IMG/VR virus record: IMGVR_UViG_3300045988_183178
DNA length: 64,000 nt
DNA from: a virus
Strand: one strand, 5' to 3'
This document shows positions 30,125-39,538 of this stretch, piece after piece (within the stretch, counting starts at the first letter, position 1; the number at the start of each line of letters is the position of its first letter). The notes under the pieces were generated by a model. It worked only from the letters and a program-made list of their open reading frames with translations. It was not told where the DNA came from and did no database searches. Both the position numbers and the translations under genes were made by a program.

Positions 30125-30520
30125 TTAACATTGATGTCCTAGCATTTTTAATTCATTATTTGCTTCTATTTTCATTGTACATATTCTACTAATTGCATTA
30201 TATGTAAATTTAGATTGCTCTTCAAAGGTTCCTAATATATCTCGTTTAATCATAAGCTCTTTACATTTATCTGAAGACTCTTTGTGTAATTTCATTTCTT
30301 TTACCATTGAATCTAAAATAGAATGCATTGAGGAAAAATAGGTAAAATAATTTCCTACTTCACTCAATAAATTTCCTATTTCCAATAAATCTATTTCATC
30401 TGATCTAGGAATTTCTTTCTTAAAATTAATTAAATACCATTCATATAAATCCGTTGAAGAAGCTTCAAGGATATCACTTATAGACTTATTTTTTAATTCA
30501 TTATTCATATTTGTTTCCAT
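30125..30520 (-). CDS. small hypothetical protein adjacent to the sigma gene (possible partner or regulator)
   Basis: ORF. Confidence 0.6.
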   Translation of the reverse strand: METNMNNELKNKSISDILEASSTDLYEWYLINFKKEIPRSDEIDLLEIGNLLSEVGNYFTYFSSMHSILDSMVKEMKLHKESSDKCKELMIKRDILGTFEEQSKFTYNAISRICTMKIEANNELKMLGHQC

Positions 30521-30523
30521 AAA

Positions 30524-31435
30524 TTATTGCTCCTTAATTTCTATATTGATATTTTCAAAACACTTAATTACAAAATAAATTAAACTCATTATGCAGACTA
30601 TTAAAATGCATACCTGTAAATATATATTTGTTATAAAAAACGTAAATGGTATTAATGCCACACAGTTTATTAGAATATGATATAAGCTGCTAAGTTTAAT
30701 ACCATATTTATCTCTTACAGCACCTAACAAATATCCGCCAAAAGCATATATAGGGAATAAAATAAAATTAAAATGAATTATTCCAAATAAAACTGCTTGG
30801 ATTATATTTGCACATAATTTATTGTTGCTTGCTTTATATGCATAGCCATAAATTATATATCTAAAAGTCAATTCCTCAATAATAGGTGCCACAAAAGTTG
30901 CTATTATTGTAGATATAATTGTTTTTATTCCTAAACTTCCATAATCAATATCTGATACATTTACAAAATGCATTTGAATTCCTGAAATAAGCTGCAATAT
31001 TACAGAAATTAATATGAAACAAAATGCAAAATTCCAATTTACTACTAATTTATTTTTCATAAACAAATCTTTTTTATAATTGTAAAATGAGCTTTTTATA
31101 CAAATAAGGCACATAACAAACATTAATGTATATGTTGATATTGTGTAAATTAATCGAAATCCTTCATAATCTATTTTAGTTGAAATTCCTCCTGCATCAT
31201 TCATATACATATTTAATAGACTGTCTATAAATGTTGCAATAAACATTGAAAATAAAATTATAAAAACAGAAATAATAAATGGAATAAAAATCTTTATATA
31301 CTGTTTTGATTTTGAAAAGAAAGAATTACTTTTCATTTTGTTTTTCACCATAAAATCCATATAAGAATTTAAATCATGCTTATTTTTTTTATTTCTTAAT
31401 TCCTTAATATTACTGTTATTGTTACTAAGTATCAT
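30524..31435 (-). CDS. CPBP-family intramembrane metalloprotease (CAAX protease / Abi fold)
   Basis: Multi-TM protein with EELTFR (EExxxR) and FGIIHFN (FxxxH) motifs. Confidence 0.75.
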   Translation of the reverse strand: MILSNNNSNIKELRNKKNKHDLNSYMDFMVKNKMKSNSFFSKSKQYIKIFIPFIISVFIILFSMFIATFIDSLLNMYMNDAGGISTKIDYEGFRLIYTISTYTLMFVMCLICIKSSFYNYKKDLFMKNKLVVNWNFAFCFILISVILQLISGIQMHFVNVSDIDYGSLGIKTIISTIIATFVAPIIEELTFRYIIYGYAYKASNNKLCANIIQAVLFGIIHFNFILFPIYAFGGYLLGAVRDKYGIKLSSLYHILINCVALIPFTFFITNIYLQVCILIVCIMSLIYFVIKCFENINIEIKEQ

Positions 31436-31547
31436 ATATTTTCCTCCAACCTTTCTAATATATATATGACAGATACAATTTTAAAAATCTTTACATAAAA
31501 AAATACCGCTGCAATAAACAGCGGTAAAACATAAAATAAATATTAAA

Positions 31548-33233
31548 TTAGCATTTGCGTACTATTGAAGGTGCTGACATATCAGGGTTAATGAATTTCT
31601 TGCATAAATGTTCAATTCCGGTTGTTGAATCAAGCCAATATAAATAATCCCCGTCATTATCTACCAGATATTCATTAATAGAATCAAGAACATCGTTTAC
31701 TTCGGAAACAGTACATATAAATCTGTATGAAGACTTATTTTTCTTTAAAGGTTTAACAGACTTAACAATAATCTGATATACAGTTTCGTCATCTGAAGAT
31801 CTAAAATCATCTACTTGAATTTTTCCTGATAAACATAATTTAGCATCATTAACAAGTAAGTCTCTAATATTTGCATAATCTTTAGAAAAACATACACCAT
31901 TAATAGAACCTGTTTTATCTTCTACCTCAAAAGTTACCCATTCGTATCCATTTCTATCCTTTCTTACAACAAGATTTTTAATTATACCAGATACATCGTT
32001 AACTTCTGTTGAAATATCAGAAATGGGATCTGTATAAATATTATACTCATCAATTGGATGCCCTGTAATATAAACACCTAACACTTCTTTTTCATCATTT
32101 AGAATCTGACCTAAATCATCTTCTACATAATCAATATCTATATTTTCAAGATCATCTTCTAAGCTTTCTATAACTGTCTTAGCTGAATTGATACGTTTAA
32201 TTATGGAATCCTTAGTTGGCATCTTTTTTGAAGTAACTTGAAAGGAAATATTTTCTTCTGAAATTCTTTCCTTAAACTCATCAAGATCAATATAATCTTC
32301 CACAAATTCAATAACTTTACTTGCGTTTTCAATAAACTTACTCTTCTCTCTGATTTTCTTAATTGTATCCTGAATTTCTTTCATACAAATCATATCTAAT
32401 GATATCATTGTTCTTGTATAACCAAGGCAATCGAAAGCACCTGCTTTAATTAAGGAACTTAATGCTTCTGCATTAATATTTGTTCGTTTGATAAAATCCT
32501 TAATATCAGAATATTCTCCATTAACATTTCTATCTTCAATAATTTTAGCTGCTTCTGATCCAACATTCTTAATATTACTCAGACCATACAAAATGTTCCC
32601 ATCTACAACATCACAATGTAAATTTGAAGCATTAATGTCCGGAGGCAATACCTTTACTCCAAAATCAAGGGCATCACTAATATCATCAGCGACTTCATCA
32701 ATCTTATCAGTATGATTTATTACATTTGTAAGATAATAAGCCGGATAATAATACTTAAGAAAAGCAGTCCAATATGATGTAACAGCATAAGCAGTAGCAT
32801 GTGACTTATTAAACGCATACTTAGCAAAGTCAACCATCGCATCCCAGATTTTATGAGCAATTTCTTCTGATATTCCATTTGCAATACAACCTGGTACTAA
32901 TGCTTCATTTTCTTTTTTAGTATCAGCATTACCATATACAAAAGTGTGTCTTTCAGCATCAATCTCATCCTGATGTTTTTTTGACATAGCTCTACGGACT
33001 AAATCAGAACGCCCCCATGTATATCCTGCTAAATCACGAACAATCTGCATTACCTGTTCCTGATAAACTATCTGTCCATAAGTAGTTGACAAAATTGGCT
33101 CTAATTGAGGACATAAATATTTAATCTTAGATGCATCCTTTTTACCTTCTATGAAATCAGGTATAAACTTTTCAGGACCAGGACGATATAAAGCATTCAT
33201 TGCTATTAAATCTTCAATACCTGTTTTATTCAT
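31548..33233 (-). CDS. dnaE: DNA polymerase III alpha (DnaE-type) C-terminal segment (fingers, beta-binding, OB fold), translated as a separate polypeptide
   Basis: ALYRPGP, YQEQVMQI, FNKSHATAYA and the OB region are present. It has its own promoter motif at 33271 and AAAGGAG followed by ATG. The N-terminus (MNKTGIEDLIAMNALYRPGP) continues exactly where ORF 38783..39538 stops (..FQFESAGMRNNLKKL). Confidence 0.85.
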   Translation of the reverse strand: MNKTGIEDLIAMNALYRPGPEKFIPDFIEGKKDASKIKYLCPQLEPILSTTYGQIVYQEQVMQIVRDLAGYTWGRSDLVRRAMSKKHQDEIDAERHTFVYGNADTKKENEALVPGCIANGISEEIAHKIWDAMVDFAKYAFNKSHATAYAVTSYWTAFLKYYYPAYYLTNVINHTDKIDEVADDISDALDFGVKVLPPDINASNLHCDVVDGNILYGLSNIKNVGSEAAKIIEDRNVNGEYSDIKDFIKRTNINAEALSSLIKAGAFDCLGYTRTMISLDMICMKEIQDTIKKIREKSKFIENASKVIEFVEDYIDLDEFKERISEENISFQVTSKKMPTKDSIIKRINSAKTVIESLEDDLENIDIDYVEDDLGQILNDEKEVLGVYITGHPIDEYNIYTDPISDISTEVNDVSGIIKNLVVRKDRNGYEWVTFEVEDKTGSINGVCFSKDYANIRDLLVNDAKLCLSGKIQVDDFRSSDDETVYQIIVKSVKPLKKNKSSYRFICTVSEVNDVLDSINEYLVDNDGDYLYWLDSTTGIEHLCKKFINPDMSAPSIVRKC

Positions 33234-33268
33234 TTTAAATTTCTCCTTTCAATTCATAACTATATAAT

Positions 33269-33281
33269 TTATGACAGAAAA
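33269..33281 (-). promoter_or_regulatory. conserved promoter-like motif upstream of the separate dnaE C-terminal ORF
   Basis: TTTATGACAGAAAA is followed on the plus strand by hairpin 33291-33308. Confidence 0.55.
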
Positions 33282-33319
33282 TTAAAAAAAGCGTCCAATT
33301 TTGGACGCTTGCATGAATA

Positions 33320-33625
33320 TTAAAAAGAATACTTGTTACATATATTTTCTTTTATATAAGTGATCAAATTTTTAGCATAATCTATTCTGTCTTTTAATTT
33401 ATCAATATCATTAATATCATATGAAACATTACCAGTAATACTAATATAAAAATCATCTTTTATGGTTTTAATTTCAATATCATAATATGGAATCTTTGGA
33501 GTAAAAAAGAATCTTATGACTTTACCTGTTCTTGAATCTCTTCTTAATAGAATTTTATATGTTTTATTATCGTATTCATCTATTATCCATGGACCGGATT
33601 CATATGTTCTAATAAAAGTTACCAT
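33320..33625 (-). CDS. hypothetical protein
   Basis: ORF. Confidence 0.65.
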   Translation of the reverse strand: MVTFIRTYESGPWIIDEYDNKTYKILLRRDSRTGKVIRFFFTPKIPYYDIEIKTIKDDFYISITGNVSYDINDIDKLKDRIDYAKNLITYIKENICNKYSF

Positions 33626-34206
33626 TATCTTACTTCTTCCTCTCTGTTATCTTTATTAATTTCAGTATGAATTACATCTGGCATAATTTTATCTTCATCA
33701 TCTTCTCCGCCTAAATCTAAATCAATATCTGATAGTTCATTTGTGTCAATATTGTTTGTTATATTACTAATATTAACACTTTTACAATTTTGAGTCATTG
33801 CCTTTATAACATCATCTATAGTTTTAGCATCTCTACCGATTCCGTCAAGATAAAAAGCAGCCGTTATCTGGGCGCAAAAATCTGCGATTATATGTCTATC
33901 AGTTGTTTCAGGGCAAAACTTAGGAACATTATAATATTCACAATCTCTATTGATTTGGGAACACGCAGCTATTGCAGCTTCATGTTTAATTCTCCGATTT
34001 TTATCCATAGACTGAATAGCTTCTCGTAATTCTTCTCCCTCAAGTGTAGCATATTTAATTGGAGTTGAATAGTTTTGATGATAAACAATCTGTACATATT
34101 CTCCAAATGCGGCCATATTGTAATTTAACATATCTAAATCATTCTCTCTATATTCATTATCTGGCGAATTTATTGCATTTACTAATTCCTTAAATTCTTT
34201 AATCAT
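33625..34206 (-). CDS. hypothetical protein
   Basis: ORF. Confidence 0.7.
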   Translation of the reverse strand: MIKEFKELVNAINSPDNEYRENDLDMLNYNMAAFGEYVQIVYHQNYSTPIKYATLEGEELREAIQSMDKNRRIKHEAAIAACSQINRDCEYYNVPKFCPETTDRHIIADFCAQITAAFYLDGIGRDAKTIDDVIKAMTQNCKSVNISNITNNIDTNELSDIDLDLGGEDDEDKIMPDVIHTEINKDNREEEVR

Positions 34207-34305
34207 ATTTTTTACTCTCCTTCCATTTATTGTTATAATAAATAAATGACAGAAAAATAAAATAACAAGTACCCATTAATAGGTACTTGTTATTAAGCAT
34301 TTGTT

Positions 34306-34722
34306 TTAATTTGAATCACTCTTATCATGTACAAAATATAATTTTTGTATTAATTCAGATTTTCTTTTTTCATACTGAAATAAATCATTACATTCACATG
34401 ATAAAAAACTTGCAGCAGAATCAATCTGTTTTACAATTTCCTTTACTATACAATCAATGATTTCCTTTGGTGATTCCAATAGTTTAATTAGGCCTAAATG
34501 CTCCCCTTCATGAATTATGAAAGCTGTATCTGGTGTCAAAACTAGCGTTGCTGTAGAGCCTTCAGAATCAAAATAACAGGATGCCGTATTATTGTTATAA
34601 TAATTAATGCACATATCTAATAAGTCATTTGGGACATCAGTTAAATATGAAGCGTTCACTCTACAATTTGTCTTTTCGAATTTAATATTACACCAACCAT
34701 TTGTTAAAATTTCAATTATCAT
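34306..34722 (-). CDS. hypothetical protein (start at MIIEIL)
   Basis: AAGGAGAAAATC then ATG. Confidence 0.65.
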   Translation of the reverse strand: MIIEILTNGWCNIKFEKTNCRVNASYLTDVPNDLLDMCINYYNNNTASCYFDSEGSTATLVLTPDTAFIIHEGEHLGLIKLLESPKEIIDCIVKEIVKQIDSAASFLSCECNDLFQYEKRKSELIQKLYFVHDKSDSN

Positions 34723-34742
34723 GATTTTCTCCTTAAATATAA

Positions 34743-35624
34743 TTATAAGCAAACAATGTTGCCATTTTTAAGTATACTTATAATACTGTTAAGTTCATAC
34801 AAACCTAATATCTGCTCACTAATTTCATTTAACATATTATCTGATACATTAGCGTTATAAGCATCAAGTTCTACATCTGTTTTTATTGTTGCTAAAATTT
34901 TTGACAACAAAATATTATCTTCACTATTTATTAAACAAGTTGAAATACTTTTTCCTTTAGACATATTAGATTCAATATCTGAAATATTCATATATATGTT
35001 AAACAAATTTCCATACTTATGTATTAGTTTACTTGCAGTTTTAGGACCAATACCTGCAGCTCCAGGAATATTATCCGATTTATCTCCCATTAATGTTTTT
35101 ACATCAATAAACTGTTTAGGAGTAACGAAATACTCATTCATAATTTCTACCGGAGTCCAAATATCTTCCGGGTTGTTTGGAACAACTAATGATACTAAAT
35201 CATTACATAATTGTAACAAATCATGATCTGCAGATATAATATTAACCTTATTTCCGGCTTTACTTTCAATAGTTGAAATTGTTCCTATAATATCATCTGC
35301 TTCATATCCTTCTTTTTCAATAACACATATATTCATTGTTTTAAGAATAGGAACAATAGCCTGTCTCTGAATCTTAAATTCTTCCGGTGCAGGATCTCTA
35401 GTTGCCTTATACCCGTTATACATTAAATGCCTGAAAGTTGGCTTTGCAGTATCAAACGCAACAATTAATTCATCAGGACTATACTTTTCTTTCATATATA
35501 GAATTGTATTTAAAGCTCCTTTAATTGCATTAGTCGGAAATCCCTTTGAGGTTTTTAATTCTGGAACACCATAAAAAGATCTTCTGAGAATGTAATTCCC
35601 ATCAAAAATCATAATATTTTTCAT
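34743..35624 (-). CDS. 5'-3' exonuclease / flap endonuclease (Pol I N-terminal-domain / T5 D15-like)
   Basis: N-terminal domain IFDGNYILRRSFYG; the catalytic region has EADDIIGT; H3TH-like GIGPKTASKLIHKYG. RBS AAAGGAG at the internal start MKNIMIF. Confidence 0.8.
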   Translation of the reverse strand: MKNIMIFDGNYILRRSFYGVPELKTSKGFPTNAIKGALNTILYMKEKYSPDELIVAFDTAKPTFRHLMYNGYKATRDPAPEEFKIQRQAIVPILKTMNICVIEKEGYEADDIIGTISTIESKAGNKVNIISADHDLLQLCNDLVSLVVPNNPEDIWTPVEIMNEYFVTPKQFIDVKTLMGDKSDNIPGAAGIGPKTASKLIHKYGNLFNIYMNISDIESNMSKGKSISTCLINSEDNILLSKILATIKTDVELDAYNANVSDNMLNEISEQILGLYELNSIISILKNGNIVCL

Positions 35625-35732
35625 TAATTTTTCTCCTTTATAATTTTTAATATATTTATGACAGAAAAAAAGCAGGAAACATAAGTCTCCCGCTTTCAAA
35701 AAATCTTATTTAGTTATGAAAAATCAAAATAT

Positions 35733-35990
35733 TCAATTTCTTTCACTTAAGAATTTTTCCACAGCATCTTCAACAGCTTCATATTCAGTAAGACCGTTAC
35801 CTTCTGCGTAAGTATCATAAGCTGCTTCACCAATATCAATATAATCATTCTCAGTAATATCAGAATGATATTGAGACTGAATAATCTCTTTAGCTGTATT
35901 AATCATCCATGTTGAAACAAATTCCTTATGAGCAGCATAAATTTCGTCATATGTTAATTTTATTTCCTTACCATTTCTTATTATTGTCAT
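35733..35990 (-). CDS. small hypothetical protein
   Basis: AAAGGAG then ATG. Promoter-motif variant at 36037. Confidence 0.65.
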   Translation of the reverse strand: MTIIRNGKEIKLTYDEIYAAHKEFVSTWMINTAKEIIQSQYHSDITENDYIDIGEAAYDTYAEGNGLTEYEAVEDAVEKFLSERN

Positions 35991-36072
35991 GTCTTATTCT
36001 CCTTTAGTTGTTATTATTTTCATCAGAATTATCATATATGACACTTTCAATTATATTAATTGCTGTATTTGC

Positions 36073-36129
36073 ATGAACTACTCACAACCGACTATTGTCG
36101 GATGGAGTTTTCTTACAATTCTTCGATAA
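36073..36129 (+). repeat. 57 bp dispersed repeat, copy 1 (ATGAACTACTCACAACCGACTATTGTCGGATGGAGTTTTCTTACAATTCTTCGATAA)
   Basis: Near-identical to copies 2-5. Contains the hairpin ACTC..CCGAC TATT GTCGG..GAGT followed by TTTTCTT on the plus strand. Confidence 0.8.
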
Positions 36130-36160
36130 TATTTAAAGTTTTCATAAAATTCCTTTCTTT

Positions 36161-36619
36161 TTACAATGTACTTTTTATAACCTTAACAGGTTCTAATCTG
36201 CCGTTTATAAATGAAGCAGTTCCTAATGTTTTATCAGTATTTTTAGAAGATTCAAAGAAATCATTTGCCATATCCTCATTTGAAAAATATGAATATTCTC
36301 CTGAATTGTCTCCGCAATCTGACTCATATCCTATCCAAACATAATAAAATGAAAATCTTTCAAGGTTATCACTGTCGTCAGGGATTGCTCCGTTCCAATC
36401 ATCATTTTCTTTTATATCTTCTTCTAATTCATATTTAAACTCGCTCATCATATTAGGATCGTCTAAATATACACATTTATGGTAATTATCAACTGCAATT
36501 GCGCATTTCTGTCCTAATGGATGCAGTAAATAATTCTTAGGCACTTCCAATAATGCTCCTATCATATCATTTACTGTTTCTAAGTTATTTTCCTTAATTT
36601 CAAATGCATTAGTTTTCAT
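36161..36619 (-). CDS. hypothetical acidic protein
   Basis: ORF. Confidence 0.65.
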   Translation of the reverse strand: MKTNAFEIKENNLETVNDMIGALLEVPKNYLLHPLGQKCAIAVDNYHKCVYLDDPNMMSEFKYELEEDIKENDDWNGAIPDDSDNLERFSFYYVWIGYESDCGDNSGEYSYFSNEDMANDFFESSKNTDKTLGTASFINGRLEPVKVIKSTL

Positions 36620-36703
36620 AATTTTATTCTCCTTTTTAAATTTTATAATAATACAATGACAGAAAAATAAAAAAACTGGCTACTAATAGTAACCAGTTTA
36701 ATT

Positions 36704-37693
36704 TTATAACTTTACAATTTTCTCATTAACTTCCATTCTAAATGTATTGATTTTGTCTATATCCGGCTCATCTGGCAATACAGAGTTTTTACATGCATTT
36801 TCAAACTTATTCTTGTATTCATCTACTATTTCAAAGAAATGTTTATTAGGGATTCCATTTTCATCAAGATATACACCATTTCTAATATCCATCAACAAAT
36901 CATGTTCTTTAATTCTTTTCGTTTGAATTTTCCCTTCAGAAACTAAATCAATTCCCATCATATACAATCTAAGTAAATGCATACTATGTTTTGCTATTTT
37001 ACCATGATTTAATGCATGTTCATTCCTTTTACTTGTTTTCCGGTAATCTCTTAAAGTGTTATTAAATTCTGAAAGCATTCCTGACAAATCTTCCATTGAA
37101 CACTGTGTTGCAATAATATTGCATTTGATTTTGCCGTCAACCAAATAAAAAGACACATTATTTTCATCTAAATTGTACTTATCGTTCATTTTCTTGGACA
37201 TATTATTAAGCACTCCAGAAATGTGTCTATTTAATTCTTCTTCCGTTAAAGCAGCGTTGGTCTTCTGCTGCATACGGTATAACTGTTGTAATGCATATTC
37301 ACTAAATGTATTAATACATCTATTCGATAAAAAAATATCTTTATTTTTTAATAAAAGCTCCCCAAATTCATTTTTATAAATATAATCATCTGTATCTAAT
37401 CCTAAAAGTTCAATAGTGTTTGGATTGCATTTAGCTAATAAATCAATAATTTTGTCAAAACTATAAATAGTTGTATCTGTATTAACATCTACAAAATTTT
37501 CAAAATCATTACCTAACAAGATATCTTCTTTTCTTCTAACAGCAACTCCTCTTATATCAATATCGCTTTCTGGAAGATTTGTCCCATATGCTCTGCTACC
37601 ACCTAATCCAAGTATACAAATATTCTTATCTAAATTTTGATTTTCCTTTAAAAATGAATACTCAGGCATATTTAATATATTTTTATTTATCAT
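36704..37693 (-). CDS. Pol-beta-superfamily nucleotidyltransferase (GS..DxD) with a C-terminal helical domain
   Basis: LGLGGSRAYGTNLPESDIDIRGV matches hG[GS]x9-13Dh[DE]h. Confidence 0.65.
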   Translation of the reverse strand: MINKNILNMPEYSFLKENQNLDKNICILGLGGSRAYGTNLPESDIDIRGVAVRRKEDILLGNDFENFVDVNTDTTIYSFDKIIDLLAKCNPNTIELLGLDTDDYIYKNEFGELLLKNKDIFLSNRCINTFSEYALQQLYRMQQKTNAALTEEELNRHISGVLNNMSKKMNDKYNLDENNVSFYLVDGKIKCNIIATQCSMEDLSGMLSEFNNTLRDYRKTSKRNEHALNHGKIAKHSMHLLRLYMMGIDLVSEGKIQTKRIKEHDLLMDIRNGVYLDENGIPNKHFFEIVDEYKNKFENACKNSVLPDEPDIDKINTFRMEVNEKIVKL

Positions 37694-37715
37694 ATTCTCT
37701 TCCCTATCCTTGTAA

Positions 37716-37771
37716 TTAAACTACCCACAACCGGCTATTGTCGGTTGGGGTTTTTTGCTTAATTGCGATAA
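37716..37771 (+). repeat. 57 bp dispersed repeat, copy 2 (diverged; ends 22 nt before the nucleotidyltransferase ATG)
   Basis: AAACTACCCACAACCGGCTATTGTCGGTTGGGGTTTTTTGCTTAATTGCGATAA. Confidence 0.75.
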
Positions 37772-37781
37772 TATCATTCTT

Positions 37782-38414
37782 TTATTTTCTAACAATAGCA
37801 GAAAAATCTACTGACTGTAAAATCTTAATGATATCTTCTACTTCAGGACTTCTCCATGCAGTCATAGCATAGGTATGAGCGTACTCATCGTAATGATAAT
37901 GATTTGCCTTTAGATGTTCAGCGGCTGCCTTTTCTGTTAAAAACATTGTGTTTTCATAAATTTTATCTCTATATGCATAACAGGTGAAAGTATATCTGCC
38001 ATAATTATGCTCATTCAACCAAGTCTTTAAATCATCAAGATCAGCTAAACATTCCTCATAATCATTATCTTCTTTTGATGTAACATAATATCCATCATAT
38101 TCTTTTGAAATAACCCAAGAATCACCGTTTTCTTCAAATTCCTTATTAAAAAATACAATTGCATCATCAATATTATCAGCAACTTCTTCGACTGCCTCAT
38201 TATCTATTAATGTTACACCGTCTTCATATCCTTCTGGAACAATACACTTTTCTTTCCCCATAATAACCCAAAATCGAGGATCAGCTTGTCCTACATGGTC
38301 CTGTGTATTTAATTCATGCTGCAAATCAGACAAAAATTTGATTTCTTTATCTGTAATTTTATGTTTCTCTACTGTGTCTGGATGGTATTGTAAATGTTCA
38401 TGAAATATTGCCAT
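37782..38414 (-). CDS. hypothetical protein
   Basis: ORF. Confidence 0.7.
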   Translation of the reverse strand: MAIFHEHLQYHPDTVEKHKITDKEIKFLSDLQHELNTQDHVGQADPRFWVIMGKEKCIVPEGYEDGVTLIDNEAVEEVADNIDDAIVFFNKEFEENGDSWVISKEYDGYYVTSKEDNDYEECLADLDDLKTWLNEHNYGRYTFTCYAYRDKIYENTMFLTEKAAAEHLKANHYHYDEYAHTYAMTAWRSPEVEDIIKILQSVDFSAIVRK

Positions 38415-38441
38415 ATTTTTCTCCTTAAACTTTATTTATTT

Positions 38442-38678
38442 TTATTCAGTATAGTATTGGAATGCACAATCATACATTTGTTTCCCAGTTATCTGATCTG
38501 TGAATATAGGGCAATGCCAATCCTTATTAAATCCTGTTTCCTTACACCATTCATTAATAACTCTAGTAGTAATTGGTGTGACAAATACATATAAATCTGA
38601 TTCATGGTGAAACATATCTTTTTCAGAATATCCAACCTCAATGAATCGTTGCATAAGAGTTTTATTATTTTTCTCCAT
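38442..38678 (-). CDS. small hypothetical protein
   Basis: AAGGAGAACAATATT then ATG. Confidence 0.6.
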   Translation of the reverse strand: MEKNNKTLMQRFIEVGYSEKDMFHHESDLYVFVTPITTRVINEWCKETGFNKDWHCPIFTDQITGKQMYDCAFQYYTE

Positions 38679-38716
38679 AATATTGTTCTCCTTTATTTAT
38701 TATAATTTAAAAGAAA

Positions 38717-38729
38717 TATGACAGAAAAA
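38717..38729 (-). promoter_or_regulatory. conserved promoter-like motif immediately after dnaE exon 2
   Basis: TATGACAGAAAAAA plus hairpin 38731-38752. Confidence 0.55.
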
Positions 38730-38782
38730 ACGCACATCATAATGACATGCGTTTTAATACAAAATATTCAATTAACTATTCA

Positions 38783-39538
38783 CTATGAGCATAACTTCTT
38801 AAGGTTATTTCTCATACCGGCTGACTCAAACTGGAAAACATTCTTAGTTCTTCCTTTTGCATATACTTCTTTGTATACCTTATCAGCTTTAGGACCCTCT
38901 AATGGAATATTCATTACATCAATTACTTCTCCTGTATCTCTCTGAATCATTCTGAGTGTGTCAGTAATAATTGTAAGAGTTTTTAATCCAAGAAAATCCA
39001 TTTTTAATAATCCATTAGCTTCGCACTGAATCATGTCCATTTCTGTAGTTTTAATTCCCTTTTTTCCATCTCTAATAGGAATATAATCAGTAACATCATT
39101 ACTATCATAAATAATAACACCTGCGGCATGTTGTGCGTATGTCGTAAGCATACCTTCACAATGAGCTGCAATATTAAGAATAGAAATAGCATCTGGATTA
39201 CTATTATATTCATCCTTTAAGAAATCTAACAAAGAAATGCTGTCCTGAATATTAATGCCTAATTCATCAACCTTATTAGTATCTTTCATGCCAACAATAT
39301 CTTCAAAATTAGTTGCTTTAGCAGGCACTTTCTTACGAATCTGATCTCCTAAAGATAAGAATTTCTTTTCATCATCATAAGCTTTCTTTCCATAATATCT
39401 TGCAGCATCTCTGATAGCACCTTTAGCCTGCTGTCTTGATTCTGTAATAATTCCAACAACAGCTTCACTACCATATTTAGCTCTTACATACTCAATTGTC
39501 TTTTCTCTTACTCCAAGAGCAAGATCACTATCGATATC
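38783..39538 (-). CDS. dnaE: DNA polymerase III alpha exon 2 (palm: DIDSD .. KMDFLGLKTL .. FQFES)
   Basis: Protein begins at the catalytic DxD and ends KKLCS followed by a stop. There is no start codon or RBS of its own; it is joined to exon 1 by the intron. Confidence 0.7.
   Translation of the reverse strand, partial: DIDSDLALGVREKTIEYVRAKYGSEAVVGIITESRQQAKGAIRDAARYYGKKAYDDEKKFLSLGDQIRKKVPAKATNFEDIVGMKDTNKVDELGINIQDSISLLDFLKDEYNSNPDAISILNIAAHCEGMLTTYAQHAAGVIIYDSNDVTDYIPIRDGKKGIKTTEMDMIQCEANGLLKMDFLGLKTLTIITDTLRMIQRDTGEVIDVMNIPLEGPKADKVYKEVYAKGRTKNVFQFESAGMRNNLKKLCS

Noticed and set aside
36073-36129. 17-codon plus-strand ORF (MNYSQPTIVGWSFLTILR) inside the 57 bp repeat
   Set aside because: It is intact in only two of five copies. 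Copy 2 lacks the ATG and copies 4 and 5 are truncated by substitutions. Nucleotide-level pairing, not the peptide, is what is conserved.
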